Made by a program: the position numbers and the translations under genes. A DNA stretch of 64,000 nucleotides, from positions 5,706,001 to 5,770,000 of the forward strand of contig CM075998.1 of the NCBI GenBank assembly GCA_038087875.1. Reading direction: 5' to 3'. Source of the stretch: Malacoraja senta (taxonomy: Eukaryota). Shown one piece after another: positions 1 through 11,855 of the stretch; the first letter of the stretch is position 1, and each line of letters starts with the position of its first letter. The notes beneath the pieces were generated by a model. It made no database searches. It was not told where the DNA came from and was given only the letters and a program-made list of their open reading frames with translations.

Positions 1-90
1 ATATTTCTTAGAGCACAGTAACAATATGTCATGCAACATTGGTGTCAAACAGGTAGGCAGACTGGAAATGATTTGCTATTGGGAGGTTTG

Positions 91-215
91 TAGGAAGGAA
101 CTGCAGATGCTGGTTTAAACCGAAGATAGACTCAAAACTTCGGAGTGACTCAGCGGGTCAGACAGCATCTCTGGAGAAAAGGAATATGTGACGTTTTGGG
201 TCAAGACTGAAGAAG
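91..215 (-). mobile_element. Penelope-like terminal-repeat fragment (one of many copies in the window)
   Basis: Motif GGAACTGCAGATGCTGG...GAGTAACTCAGCGGGTCAG-CAGCATCTCTGGAGA...GACGTTT recurs throughout the window. At 22595-23460 and 39055-39924 it adjoins GIY-YIG-like coding remnants. Confidence 0.65.
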
Positions 216-326
216 GCTTGATTAGGAAAAGGGGAGGTGCAACGAGACCTGGGTGTGCTTGTACATCAGTCACTGAAAGTAAGCATGCGGGTACAGCAGG
301 CAGTGAAGAGAGCTGATGGCATGTTA

Positions 327-2282
327 TAGTCATAGAGTGATACAGTGTGGAAACAGGCCCTTCGGCCCAACTTGCCCACACCAGCCAACATGTCCCAGCT
401 ACACTAGTCCCACATGCCTGCGCTCGGTCTATATCCATCCAAACCTGTCCTATCCATGTACCTGTCTAACTGTTTCTTAAACGTTGAGATAGTCACAGCC
501 TCAGCCTCAGCCTCAACTACCTCCTCTGGCAGGTTGTTCCATACAACCACCACCCTTTGTGTGAAAAAGTTACCCCTCGGATTCCTATTACATCTATTCC
601 CCTTAATCTTGAACCTATGTGTCCTCTGGTCTTCGATTCCCCTGCTCTGGGCAAGAGACTCTGTGCATCTACATGATCTATTCCTCTCATGATTTTATAC
701 ACCTCTATAAGATCATCCCTCATCATCCTGCACTCCATGGAATAGAGACCCAGCCTACTCAACCTCTCCCTGTAGCTCACACCCTCTAGTCCTGGTAACA
801 TCCTCGTAAAGCAATGGCTGCCTCGCCAACAATCTGTCTGTCCCTTCCTTCTCTGTTGTTTCTTTAGTATGTGTTAAATACATGTTTTTAGTGTTCTTCA
901 GCTTATTTTATGTGGGGGGTGGTGGGGGGTCGGGGGAAACTTAAAAAAAAATCTCTCACCTCGACCGAGATGCGATTTTATTCCGTATCGTATCTCCGTC
1001 CCCACTGCGGCCTAACATCGAGGAGCTGGAGGCCTCTGCTGGAGACCAACTTTGGGAGCTCCAAACACGGGACATTAACATCGTGAGCTGACGATCCCTT
1101 TGCCAGGGATCGACCTGTGAGCTCCAACCGCGGAAGCCGGCGGACTTTAACATCGTGGAGCTCACTGTCCTTAGTTAGAGACCGACCTTGGGAGCTCCAA
1201 GCCGCAGAAGCTTCGACTGCCACGACGTGGGACCTTGGATCGCCCTGACGCGGGGGTTCGACCGCCGGCTGCGGGAGCTTCAATCATCCCGATGGAAGGT
1301 TTGACTGCCCCGACCGCCGGAGAAAAATTAGGGAAGAAGATTAGACTTTATTGCCTTCCATCACAGTGAGGAATGTGGGGAATCCGCTGTGGTGGATGTT
1401 CATGTTAACTTTTATGTAGTTGCGTTTTGTTGCTTTTTTTAGTATGGCTGTATGGTAATACGAATATCACTGTACCTTAATTGGTACACGTGAGACTAAA
1501 AGACCTTTGAAACCTTTGAATCTTTTCTGAACCCTTTCAAGTTTGACAATATCTTTCCTATAACATGGTGCCCAGAACTAAACACAATATTCTAAATGCG
1601 GTCTTACAAACGTCTTATACAAGTGCAACATGACCTCCCAAGTTCTATACTCAATACTCTGACTGATGAAGGCCAAAGTGCCAAAAGCCTTTTTGACCAC
1701 CTGATATACCTGCAACTCGACCTTCATGGAACCATGCACCTGTACTCCTAGATCCCTCTGCTCTACAACACTACCCAGAGGCCTACCGTTCACTGTGTAG
1801 GTCCTGCCCTTGTTCAACGCCCCCAAAATGCAACACCTCACACTTCTCTGTATTAAATTCAATCAACCATTCCTCTGCCCACCTGGCCAATCGATCCAGA
1901 TCCTGCTGCAATCGTTCACAACCATCTTCACTATCTGCAAAACCACCCACTTTTGTATCATCAGCAAACTTGCTAATCTTGCCCTATATGTTCTCATCCA
2001 AATCATTGATGTAGATGACAAACAGTAATGGGCCCAGCACCAAACCCTGAGACACACCACTAGTCACAGGCCTCCAGTCTGAGAAGCAACCTTCCACCAT
2101 CACCCTCTGCTTCCTTCCATGGAGCCAATTTGCTATCCATTCAGCTATGTCTCCTTGGATCCCATGCGATGTAACCTTCCAGAACAGCATACCATGCGGA
2201 CCCTTGTCGAACGTCTTAATGAAGTCCATGTACACAATATCTACAGCTCTGCCCTCATCAACCTTTTTGGTCACGTCTTCAC
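327..2282 (-). mobile_element. CR1/HER1-type LINE (RT C-terminal half plus 3' tail), itself interrupted by a SINE-like insert
   Basis: ORF pieces [12 protein letters not shown]-like, [22 protein letters not shown] and [14 protein letters not shown]. Tail ends GAAGGGCCTGTTTCCACACTGTATCACTCTATGAC on the minus strand. Confidence 0.9.
831..1520 (+). mobile_element. GC-rich non-autonomous retroposon (SINE-like) with a Rex1-type 3' tail
   Basis: Interrupts CR1 sequence between CCTCGTAAA and TCTTTTCTGAACC. Has internal AACATCGTGGAGCT-like subrepeats and ends TCACTGTACC..GGTACACGTGA plus a short tandem tail. Related to 28965-29910. Confidence 0.7.
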
Positions 2283-3212
2283 CGTCAGCCTTCATTGCGA
2301 GAGGATTTGAGTTTAGGAGCAAGGAGGTTCTACTGCAGTTGTACAGGGCCCTAGTGAGACCGCACCTGGAGTATTGTGTGCAATTTTGGTCTCCTAATTT
2401 GAGGAATGACATTCTTGCTATTGAGGGAGTGCAGCATAGGTTCACCAGGTTAATTCCCGGGATGGCAGGACTGACATATGATGAAAGAATGGGTCGACTG
2501 GGCTTGTACTCATTGGAATTTAGAAGGAAGAGAAGGGATCTTATAGAAACATATAATATTCTTAAGGGATTGGACAGGCTAGATGCAGGAAAAATGTTCC
2601 CGAACTTGGGGGAGTCCAGAACCAGTGGTCACAGTATAAGAATAAGGGGAATGCCATTTAGGACTGAGATGAGGAAAACTTTTTCACCCAGAGAGTTGTG
2701 AATCTGTGGAATTCTCTGCCACAGAAGGCAGTGGAGGCAATTCACTGGATCTTTTCAAGAGAGAGTTCGATTTAGCTCTTAGGGCTAATGGAATCAAGGG
2801 ATATGGGGGAAAAAGCAGGAACGGTGTACTGATTTAAAATGATCAGCCATGATCATATTGAACGACGATGCTGGCTCGAAGGGCCGAATGGCTTACTCCT
2901 ACACCTATTTTGCTATGTTTCTAAGGGTCTCAACCCGAAACATCACCTATTCCTTGTCTCCAGAGATGCTGTCTGACCCGCTGAGTGGCCCCATAGCAGA
3001 AGCGTCCACGTGGCGGGGCTGGAAACTGGAAGCATCCTGAGCTAATTCTGCTACCACCATCGTGTATTGCCACAAGTGATGAGTCCCACTGATTGTCGGC
3101 AGAAGCTTGCGTCCTTTTCAGGTCGGACGATGACAGCGATGTTAACATTTGAAACATGGAAGTTAGACACAAAAGAAGAAGACCCGCTGAGTTACTCCAG
3201 CTTTTTGTGTCT

Positions 3213-3502
3213 ACAGCAGTAAAGTTGCTGCCTAACAGCGCCAGAGACCCGGGTTCCATCCTGACCACGGGTGCTGTCTGTATGGAGTTTGTACCTTCGC
3301 CCCGTGACCTGCATGGGTTTTCTCCGGGATCTCTGGTTTCCTCCCATACTCCAAAGACCGACAGGTTTGCAGATTAATTGGCTTGGTAAAATTATAAATT
3401 GTCCCTAATGTGTAGGGTAGTGCTAGTGTACGGGGCAATCACTGCTCGGCACAGACTCGGTGGGCCAAAGGGACTGTTTCCGTGCTGTATCTCTAAACTA
3501 AA
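3213..3502 (+). mobile_element. HE1-type tRNA-derived SINE
   Basis: tRNA-like head (AGAGACCCGGGTTCCATCC, B-box-like), HE1 body GTTTGTACCTTCGCCCCGTGACC, and a CR1-shared tail ending TGTATCTCTAAACTAAA. Confidence 0.85.
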
Positions 3503-4004
3503 AAAATGGTGTGGGATGTAACCTGGCTGCTTAAAGAAATGTATCTTCAACTTTAAGGGTTTTTTTTAATTCTAGTCTTTGGATGCTAGATCTAAGTCGA
3601 ATTATCTCCGTTTGGGGAGTTTTTGTTTCCTTCTTCTGTGGGAAAATATGCTGGCTGGGCCTCAATTTCCTTGCTGGGAGAATAACTTGGGTCTCCAGGG
3701 TAATTAGAAGTGGGCTGATTGAGACCGTGGAATAGTTTTATCTTTACTGCTAAAAAGATGTTGGTTTGCTCTTGTACTGGATGGTTGTTTTTCCCCCCTC
3801 AAAATATAAAATGGCAAGGGAGGAGGAAGAAGAGAAGACCTTTGTCACACAGGCCTGATCAATCATCTGAAAGTTGGCATGAACGCTGCAAAAATCATCT
3901 AGCAAATTGTTGGCAAACTATACCTGCACAATTTAAAAATCTATTAACTAAATTGGCTGTGATGACTTTTATTTTAACTAATGGCTTCTTAAGCAGACTG
4001 CTAA

Positions 4005-4540
4005 TGAAGAGAGCATCAGGGATGTAATGCTGAGACTCCATAAGGCGCACGTCAGGCTTCATTTGGAGTATTGTGAGCAATTTTGGGCACCATATCTGAG
4101 GAAGGATGTGCTGGCCCTGGAGAGGGTCCAGAGGAGGTTTACAAGAATGATCCCAGGAAAAAGTGGGTTAACATATGATGAGCGTTTGACGGCACTGGGC
4201 CTGTACTCGCTGGAATTTAGAAGGATGAGAGGAGACATCTTTGAAACGTACCGAATAGTGAAAGGCCTAGATAGAGTGGATGTTCCTTTAAGAGGGAGAT
4301 GAGAAATAATTTATTTAGTCAGAGGGTGGTGAATATGTGGAATTCTTTGGCACAGAAGGCTGTGGAGCCCGTCAATGGATATTTTTAAAGCAGATAGATT
4401 CCTGATTAGTACGGGTGCCAGGGGTTATGGGAAGAAGGCAGGAGAATGGGGTTAGGAGGGAGAGATAGATCAGCATTGATTGAAAGGCGGAGTAGACTTG
4501 ATGGGCCGAATGACCTAATCCTGCTCCTATCACTTATGAA
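4005..4540 (+). mobile_element. CR1 LINE 3' fragment
   Basis: ORF HLEYCEQFWAPYLRKDVLALERVQRRFTRMIPG followed by a CR1 3' UTR. Confidence 0.85.
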
Positions 4541-4949
4541 CAATCACACTGAAGATGTTTTGCTACAAAATGAAGCATCACATAGCTCAGATGTGTTCGT
4601 GCATGGATGTTAGTTTAAAAAAAACATCAGTTTTCTCCTCTCGAGAGCATTAACACTTGCTGGAGTACAATTTCACCAATGCCAACATCCCCATGGTGCC
4701 TTAATCAACTAGTTACACTGCAGGCATAAGGCTAAACAGCGCGTGCCAGCTGCCTATTCAACTACTAATGGAAATTTTAAAAAATAAGTTACTTGGCAAA
4801 GCAGAAGTAAACAGATTTCAATAGAAATTCATCCAACCCCCCCTCCCAACTTCTCTTCCCCAACCGCCCCCTCTACCCACGTCAAATCCCAGACCTGAAT
4901 GATTCATTGCAAAGTATACAAACGAGAGTCCATTCAATCAGTATATCTC

Positions 4950-5593
4950 CAATGACTCTTACCAATTTCTACAACATAGAAAGCATCCTATCCAAATGCA
5001 TCAAAGCTTGCTATGACAACTGCGCTGCACAAGACCGCAGGAAATTGCAGAGTTGTCGATGCAGCCCAGTTGACTAGATGACGTCCTCCCAGCTCCCCTC
5101 CCACCACTGATTCCATTTACACCACACTGCCTCGTGAAAGTAGCCAACGTGATCAAGGACCACTAACACCCTGGTCATTCCTTCTTCTCCCCTCTCCCTT
5201 TGAGCAGAAGATACAAAAGCTAGAAAGCACATTCCAGCAGATTCAGGAGCAGCTTCTTCCCCACTTACTCACAGTCTTCAACGGGCCTCTCATACACTAA
5301 GGATGCATTCCCGATCTATCTCACTGCTGCCTTTACACTATTTCTTTACATCTGCACTTTCACTGCAGCTGCAACACTATATTCTGCGGTACACAAAAAT
5401 GCTGGAGAAAGTCAGCGGGTGCAGCAGCATCTATGAAGGTACACAAAAATGCTGGTCATCTTCTTTAACACTATATTCTGCACTCTGTTTCTTTTCTCGT
5501 TTGATTCATGTGGGTATGGTTGTACTTACATATGGTATGATAACAGTGAAAAACTTTGTTTTGCGTGAACCTCAGTCGACATGACAATAATAA
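4950..5593 (+). mobile_element. Rex1/Babar-like LINE 3' fragment (decayed)
   Basis: Decayed IESIL..CI.A.Y.NCAAQDRRKLQRVVDAAQ coding and a tail ending TGACAATAATAAA. A similar copy lies at 41190-41670. Confidence 0.7.
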
Positions 5594-5624
5594 ATGAAAA
5601 CCAATAGATCAAAGGTATCATTGG

Positions 5625-5796
5625 TAGACACAGAATGCTGGAGTAACTCAGCGGGACAGGCAGCATCTCTGGAGAGAAAGAATGGGTCACTTTTAGGGTC
5701 GAGACCCTTCTTCAGAGATGCTGCCTGTCCCGCTGAGTTTCCAGCATTTTGTGTCTATCTTCGGTTTAAACCAGCATTTGCAGTTCCTTCTTACAC
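5625..5796. mobile_element. Palindromic Penelope-derived mini-element
   Basis: An inverted copy is followed by a forward copy of the terminal motif. Flanked by the direct repeat AAG(G)TATCATTGGT. Confidence 0.7.
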
Positions 5797-6224
5797 AAAG
5801 TATCATTGGTTACGGAAAGACAGCTACAGAAAGTAATTTAAAAAGAAGAACACATGGCTTTTATATCTGGAGGACTGGAGTACAAGGGAGTCGAAGTTCT
5901 ACTATAGCAACACATAGATCTAATTTCCTTCCTATGTTTCCATCCAAATTGACCCAATATCTACTCAGCAGCACTTCATGTTTTTGTGCCTGTAAATCAG
6001 TGTATAAACATTTGCTTGATTGTACCTTATTAATCCAACTTATTGGTTTTAAGTAAATTCTCGATGTATCTCTATTATCATTCCATCGGCAACCTGAAAG
6101 ACAGCATGCAATAGACATGCAGTGTTTCCAGGAGAGGTGCAGTGCTCACTGCACCAAATTTAAAGCTCAAGGCAGAATTGCAAATCAATTTAGGCCCTTA
6201 GAGATAGTCAATTCTGCATCATTA

Positions 6225-6544
6225 AGGGGCTGTCCCACTGTACGAGGTAATTCAAGAGCTCTCCCGAGTAAAAAAAAAAAAAATCAAACTCGTGGTAAGC
6301 ACATAGAATGTACGTAGCGGGTACGTCGGAGCTCGGGACGTCTCTTAGCGGCTCGTAACGCTAACAGCAGGTACTCGGGAAACGCGGTAAGCTCGTGATG
6401 ACTCGTGAAGATTTTTCAACATGTTGGAAAATGTCGACGAGAGCCCCGAGTACCTACGAGCGGCTGTTATCGTAATTCTCCGAGTTCGAATCAGGGGAAA
6501 CTCGGGAGAACTCTTGAATTAGCTCGTACAGTGGGACAGGCCCT
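6225..6544. mobile_element. PIF/Harbinger-type MITE, 320 bp
   Basis: About 44-bp imperfect TIRs AGGG(G/C)CTGTCCCACTGTACGAG(G/C)TAATTCAAGAG..., with TTA on both flanks (6222-6224 and 6545-6547). Confidence 0.85.
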
Positions 6545-6689
6545 TTAGATGCTTTCACTTCAGAAAAAGCTACTTAAAAAAAAAAAAAAGATTTTTATGG
6601 GCGTCTCTATTTGTCCATCTGCTGCAGCGACAGTCATTATCTTTTACCACTATTCAACAGGCAGACACCTAAGTGCAGTCTGCAACAGC

Positions 6690-6966
6690 AATGGCGGCGC
6701 AGTGGTAGAGTTGCTGCATTACAGCACCAGAGACCCAGGATCGATCCTGACTACGGGTGCTGTCTATACGGAGTTTGTACGTTCTCCCCGTGACCACGTG
6801 GGTTTTCCTGGGAGCTCCGGTTCTCCCCCACACCAAAGATGTACAGATCTGTAGGTTAAATGCCTTTGGTAAAAATTGTAAATTATCCCAAGTGTACAGG
6901 ATAGTGCTAGTGTGCAGGGAATGCGGACTCAATGGGCCTGTTTCCGCACTGGATCTTTAAATTAAA
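6690..6966 (+). mobile_element. HE1-type SINE
   Basis: Head GGCGGCGCAGTGGTAGAGTTGCTG...GGATCGATCCTGAC, with the same body and tail as 3213-3502. Confidence 0.85.
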
Positions 6967-7313
6967 CAAAAAAAACGAATCTTAAACTGAAGCTAGTGTA
7001 AAATATCTAAATGAGTACGACAGAACCCTTGGGCAGACCACACTTGACCTAGACAAGCACAAAGTCTCTATTTTGTACAGTGGCACATGCAGGGTGACTG
7101 GGCATCATCCTGGCTAGTGCGGGTGACCGATAATAGCGATGATGGAGCCATTGCAACAAGATGATATTGAAGCTGGAATCAAAATGTAGTTTAAATGAAG
7201 GGAATGGAGAAGCATGTTGAAAGGCAGAATACAAAAGAAAGGGATTGGAAAAGATATTGGAACTGAAGTACCAGTGGTGGCAAAATATTATCGGCCTTCT
7301 GTATTGTAATATA

Positions 7314-8001
7314 TCTTCTATATCTAAATATTATTAAAAACTCGCATCTTGTTTGTTTCTATGTCTGTGATTCTGTCTGTCTGTGTGTGTATGTCTGCCC
7401 ATGTGCTCCCAGAACCACGCCATAACGGTACATGATAGCGCTACAATTCTTGGACCACATTACTCACCATTGTCCGGTGTATCAAGTTTCGTTCAGATTG
7501 ATGGTGTATTTTACAAGTTATTCACATTTAAAACTTTACAAAATCCACTTCAAGAAAAATCACTTGAACTTGCAGTGGCAGTGAGCAGCCATGACATCAC
7601 AATGGGATCTCAAGACAGGACACCGTGTCCTCTCATTTGAAACATTGTAACGGGCAGGGGCAGGACAAGGGAATTGGATTTTATTTTAAAGTTTATAAAG
7701 AGTTATATAAAGAGGGTGAAGAGGAGGGGGAGGGAGTGCTGGGGGATGAGGAGAAATGAGCTGCGCCAATGCAGTTGGGGGCTATGGGTGAGTGGTGGAT
7801 TATTGTGTTGGGGAACAGGTTGCGTTGGGGAACTGGTTGCGTTGGGGGAACGGGTGAGTGGTGGGATATTGCCTTGGGGAACGGGTTGCGTTGGGGACCA
7901 GGCCTCCCGTGGGGGCTATGGGTGAGTGGTGGAATATTGAGTTGGGGGAACGGGTTGCGTTGGGTGACCAGGCCTCCCATGTGACAGGCCACTTGGTCTA
8001 G
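7314..8001 (+). mobile_element. Non-autonomous Helitron, unit 1 of a head-to-tail pair
   Basis: Starts A|TC..TATTATTAAAAACTC and ends GGTCTAG. 5' and 3' ends are homologous to the Helitron at 55593-56538. The exact 5' base is approximate. Confidence 0.8.
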
Positions 8002-8659
8002 TATATATTACTAAAACTCTCATCTTGTTTGTTTGTATGTGAGTGTGAGTGTTTGAGTGTGCGTGATGAGTGTATTCCTGAAACTACGCCAAAACGGTAC
8101 ACGATAGCGCTACATTTATTGGCCCACCATACTCAGCATTGTCCTGGGGTGTGCTGTGGCAAGTTTCGTTCAGAATAATTGTATATTTTACAAGTTATTC
8201 ACATATTAGACTACAACAACCACTTTGACAAAAATCACTTCCATCTGCACTGCCCGTGAGCAGCGTATGACATCACAATGGGATCCCGATACTCAATTAC
8301 ATTAAAAAAAATCACGGTTAAAAAACCCCTCAGTTTTAATCAAATTCTTGGGGGGGGGGGGGGGGGATAAGGGAGAGGTTTCAAATATAAAACCTGCATT
8401 TTGATCCTATTCTTCCGTATTCATTGACAACCAACATTGTCTTTAGGTTATTTTAAAGTTTGATTTTATTACAAAAAAAAATGTTCTCGACGCCCGATTG
8501 GTCCGGGTTCCACGTGGGGGAGCGCAGCTCGACGCCTGATTGGTTGCTGTTCCGGATAAAAGCACGCTGGACACAGACACGAACTGGGCCCTGAGCGTGG
8601 ATCCGGGCTCTGGGCTGGGGTTCGAGCCAGTGCGGGATCCAGCGGCCGCGGGAAAGGAG

Positions 8660-8860
8660 TGGAGCTGGACCCGGGGCAAGGACTAGGCCGCAGCCTCGGC
8701 CTCACCGTCCTGTGCAGCCTCTGCCTCTCCATCCCTCTCCCGCGCGTGGCTCGGGCAGCTCGGCCCGTTCCCCCGACAGCCCCCGCCTCAACTACAACTT
8801 CATCGCCAACGTGGTAAAGAAAACGGGGCCGGCGGTGGTTTACATCAAAATCCTGGGGAG
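8660..8860 (+). pseudogene. HTRA2: Captured, decayed HTRA2 (Omi serine protease) exon-1 fragment with splice donor
   Basis: 8772-8860 translates [30 protein letters not shown], compared with vertebrate HTRA2 [28 protein letters not shown], followed by AG|GTGA. Upstream, after a 1-bp shift in a C-run, it reads [14 protein letters not shown]...RVARAARPV (TM and processing-site-like). No ATG. Confidence 0.85.
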
Positions 8861-9145
8861 GTGATGAGGGAGACTGGGGGTATTGAGGGAGAGGAGGGGG
8901 TAGAGAGGGAGAGGATGGGGAAAGTGGGGGAGGTGAGGAGGGAGAGTGGGGGTTGGGAGGGGATAGGGGTTATGGAGGGAGGGAGGGAGTGACTGAGGGT
9001 AGGGGAAAGGAGAGGGAGGAAAAGAGAGGGAGGGAGAGGTGAGGGAGGGAGTGGGGGAGGGTAGGAGAGGGAAAAGAATGAGGGTGAAGAGGGGGAGGGA
9101 GTGCTGGGGGTGAGGGGGAATGGAGGATTGGGTAGAAAGAGGGAT

Positions 9146-9417
9146 AGAAACATAGAAACTAGGTGCAGGAGGAGGCCATTCGGCCCTTCAAGCCAGCACC
9201 ACCATTCATTGTGATCATGGCTGATCGTCCTCTATCAATAATCCGTGCCTGCCTTCTCCCCATATCACTTGATTCCACTAGCCCCTAGCGCTCTATCTAA
9301 CTCTCTCTTAAATCCATCCAGTGATTTGGCCTCCACTGCCCTCTGTGGCAGGGAATTCCATAAGTTCACAACTCTCTGGGTCAAAAAGTTTTTTCTCACC
9401 TCAGTCTTAAATGACCT
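9146..9417 (-). mobile_element. CR1 3' end fragment inside the Helitron
   Basis: Reverse CR1 tail (ATAGAAAC)n AGGTGCAGGAGGAGGCCATTCGGCCCTTC and the RVVNLWNSLPQ-coding segment. Confidence 0.85.
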
Positions 9418-10775
9418 CCTCGGCGGAGGATGGCGAGGTAATGGAGAAGGGGAGGGGGAAGAGAGAGGAGGGGAGGGAGGGAGTGAGGGGAGGAAGCAGG
9501 GTTGGTGGAGGGTGGGGAGAGGGAGGATAATGGAGGAGAATAGGGGACTGAAGAGGGAGAGTGAGATGCGTTCACATTGATCTTATTTTTCACATATTAT
9601 TGCCACGTCAGCGCAGTTGGGGGCTATGGGTGGAGGAGACGGGAAAGAAGAGGGTGGGTGAAGAGGAGGGGGAGGGAGTGCTGGGGATGAGGGGGAATGG
9701 AGGAGGATAGGGGTAGGAAGTGGGATGTCGAGGCGCAGTTGGGAGGGTTGCCGTGACTCACATCACAACGGGAGATCTCAGGCGTCACAACGGGAACCCC
9801 TCAGCCGCGTCTGCACAGATGGGGGCTATGTGTCAGTGGTGGAATATTGCCTTGGGGGACAGGGCCCAACGGGTCCGCACCTGGTCTAGTATCTATTAAA
9901 ACAACTAGGATCTGTGAGTATCATCGGCGTGTTTAGTATGCATAGTAATTTAATTTACAAATACCCAGGCAAGACATAACTAAATGCACCAATTCTGGCC
10001 TTAATTCTAGGACTGGAGTCATGAAAATTTAAGACAGGGTGTCCAAATGACCTGGTTTCAGGATGTTAGATCCACGTGGTGAAACTCAAAATGCTTTTTG
10101 CCAAGAATACTCCATTCAGGTAGATGTCCACAATTTCAGAACTGACACTTCAAAAGCTCAGGTCTGCTATGCTTTCCAGATATTACAGATGAACAATGGC
10201 CTGAATCTGACATAAATGTGCGCCATTTTAATATCAACAGATATGGTATTCTGCAATATCCTTCGCATTTTCCAAAAAGATTCATACACCCCCTTGATCA
10301 AAGAGGAGTACTTTAATTTGGGATAGAAGTTTAGGAAGAGAAAAACAACTAACAGGCATGGCAGGTGAAATGTATGGCTGCCAATGGTGAAGTTAGATTC
10401 AACAATGCAATTGAAACAATGCAAAAGGCACTGTGTTGCAGAGTGGTGTGCCAAGAGTATGATAGCACCTTGTGCGAGCTTAGTTATAGGAAGATGTAGA
10501 AATAAGGAACTGCATATGCTCACTTACAAAAGTTAGCACATCAGGCAGCATCTCTGTAGAACATGTATAGATGACGTTTTGAGTCGGGACCCTTCTTCAG
10601 ACTGACTGTCGATAGGTGATGTTTCAGGTTGGGAAAATATTCCTTGGATGCTGATAGCAGACCAATTTCTGTTGGCAGACCAATTTCGCTCCTGGGATAA
10701 ATAAAGTTCTATCGTATCGTATTGTATCGTTAACAGTGGGGGTGAATGAATAAAACACCCGGAATAAAACACCCG

Positions 10776-11642
10776 ACAGGTTGGGGGAGTGGGCAGATGC
10801 ATGGCAGATGAAGTTTAATGCGGATAAATGTGAGGTTATCCACTTTGGTAGCAAAAACAGGAAGGCAGATTACTATCTAAATGGCGTAAAGTTGGGAAAA
10901 GGGGAAGTACAACGGGATCTGGGGGTCCTTGTACATCAGTCTATGAAAGTAAGCATGCAGGTACAGCAGGCAGTGAAGCAAGCGAATGGCATGTTGGCCT
11001 TTATAACAAGAGGAATCAAATATAGGAGCAAAAAGGTCCTTCTGCAGTTGTACAGAGCCCTAGTGAGACCACACCTGGAGTATTGTGTGCAGTTTTGGTC
11101 CCCTAATTTGAGGAAGGACATTCTTGCTATTGAGGGAGTGCAGCGTAGGTTTACAAGGTTAATTCCCGGGATGGTGGGACTGTCATATGCTGAGAGAATG
11201 GAGCAGCTGGGCTTGTACACTCTGGAGTTTAGAAGGATGAGAGGGCATCTCATTGAAACATATAAGATTGTTAAGGGTTTGGACACGCTAGAGGCAGGAA
11301 ACATGTTCCCGATGTTGGGGGAGTCCAGAACCAGGGGCCACAGTTTAAGAATAAGGAGTAAGCCATTTAGAATGGAGACGAGGAAACACTTTTTCTCACA
11401 GAGAGTGGTGAGTCTGTGGAATTCTCTGCCTCAGTGGGCGGTGGAGGCAGGTTCTCTGGATGCTTTCAAGAGAGAGCTAGTTAGGGCTCTTAAAAATAGC
11501 CCTAATAGTCAGGGGATATGGGAAGAAGGCAGGAACGGGGTACTGATTGGGGATGATCAGCCATGATCACATTGAATGGCGGTGCTGGCTCGAAGGGTCG
11601 AATGGCCTACTCCTGCACCTATTGTCTATTGTCTATTGTCTA
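10776..11642 (+). mobile_element. CR1 LINE 3' fragment, young
   Basis: Uninterrupted 261-aa ORF (WADAWQMKFNADKCEVIHFG...VVSLWNSLPQ) and a (TATTGTC)n tail. Confidence 0.9.
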
Positions 11643-11855
11643 AGTGCAAATTATTAATTCATTGAAAACACAAAAGTAATTTAAGTTACTCTATTTGGTT
11701 ACACAAATAGAAGAGGGACCAACAGGAAAGAGGTAATAGTAAATCTCCACATAATTTGGAGTTAAAATTCTAACATTTAATGGTGTGTAGTTTCAGTACC
11801 CTGTTATATATAGTCATGGGATCAATAAGATTTGAAAAATGCAGAAATTACTTTC

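Larger units (their letters stand above)
220..2922 (+). mobile_element. CR1 LINE 3' part, split by a nested insertion (220-326 and about 2286-2922)
   Basis: The reading ...QQAVKRADGML resumes as [36 protein letters not shown] after the insert, followed by a CR1 3' UTR. Confidence 0.85.
8002..9889 (+). mobile_element. Non-autonomous Helitron, unit 2, carrying captured host sequence
   Basis: 5' end TATATATTACTAAAACTCTC. 3' hairpin GGGCCC-AAC-GGGTCC (9862-9876), then CTAG|T at 9886-9890. Confidence 0.85.

Noticed and set aside
3213..3290. tRNA genes at SINE heads (also 6690, 16980, 59745)
   Set aside because: The A/B-box-like heads continue into SINE bodies and do not form complete cloverleaves.
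3845..3880. Plus-strand GLINHLKVG resembling BLOC1S1 exon 2 (ALVDHLNVG)
   Set aside because: It is on the wrong strand relative to exon 1, lacks the preceding RRREAI..ATCL sequence and has no fitting splice sites. Treated as chance.
8497..8543. ER-stress element (ERSE) in the Helitron cargo
   Set aside because: The spacing between ATTGG and CCACG does not match CCAAT-N9-CCACG or ATTGG-N-CCACG.
10781..11566. 261-aa ORF as a host gene (also 54280-54960)
   Set aside because: These are CR1 ORF2 fragments with many paralogous copies in the window.
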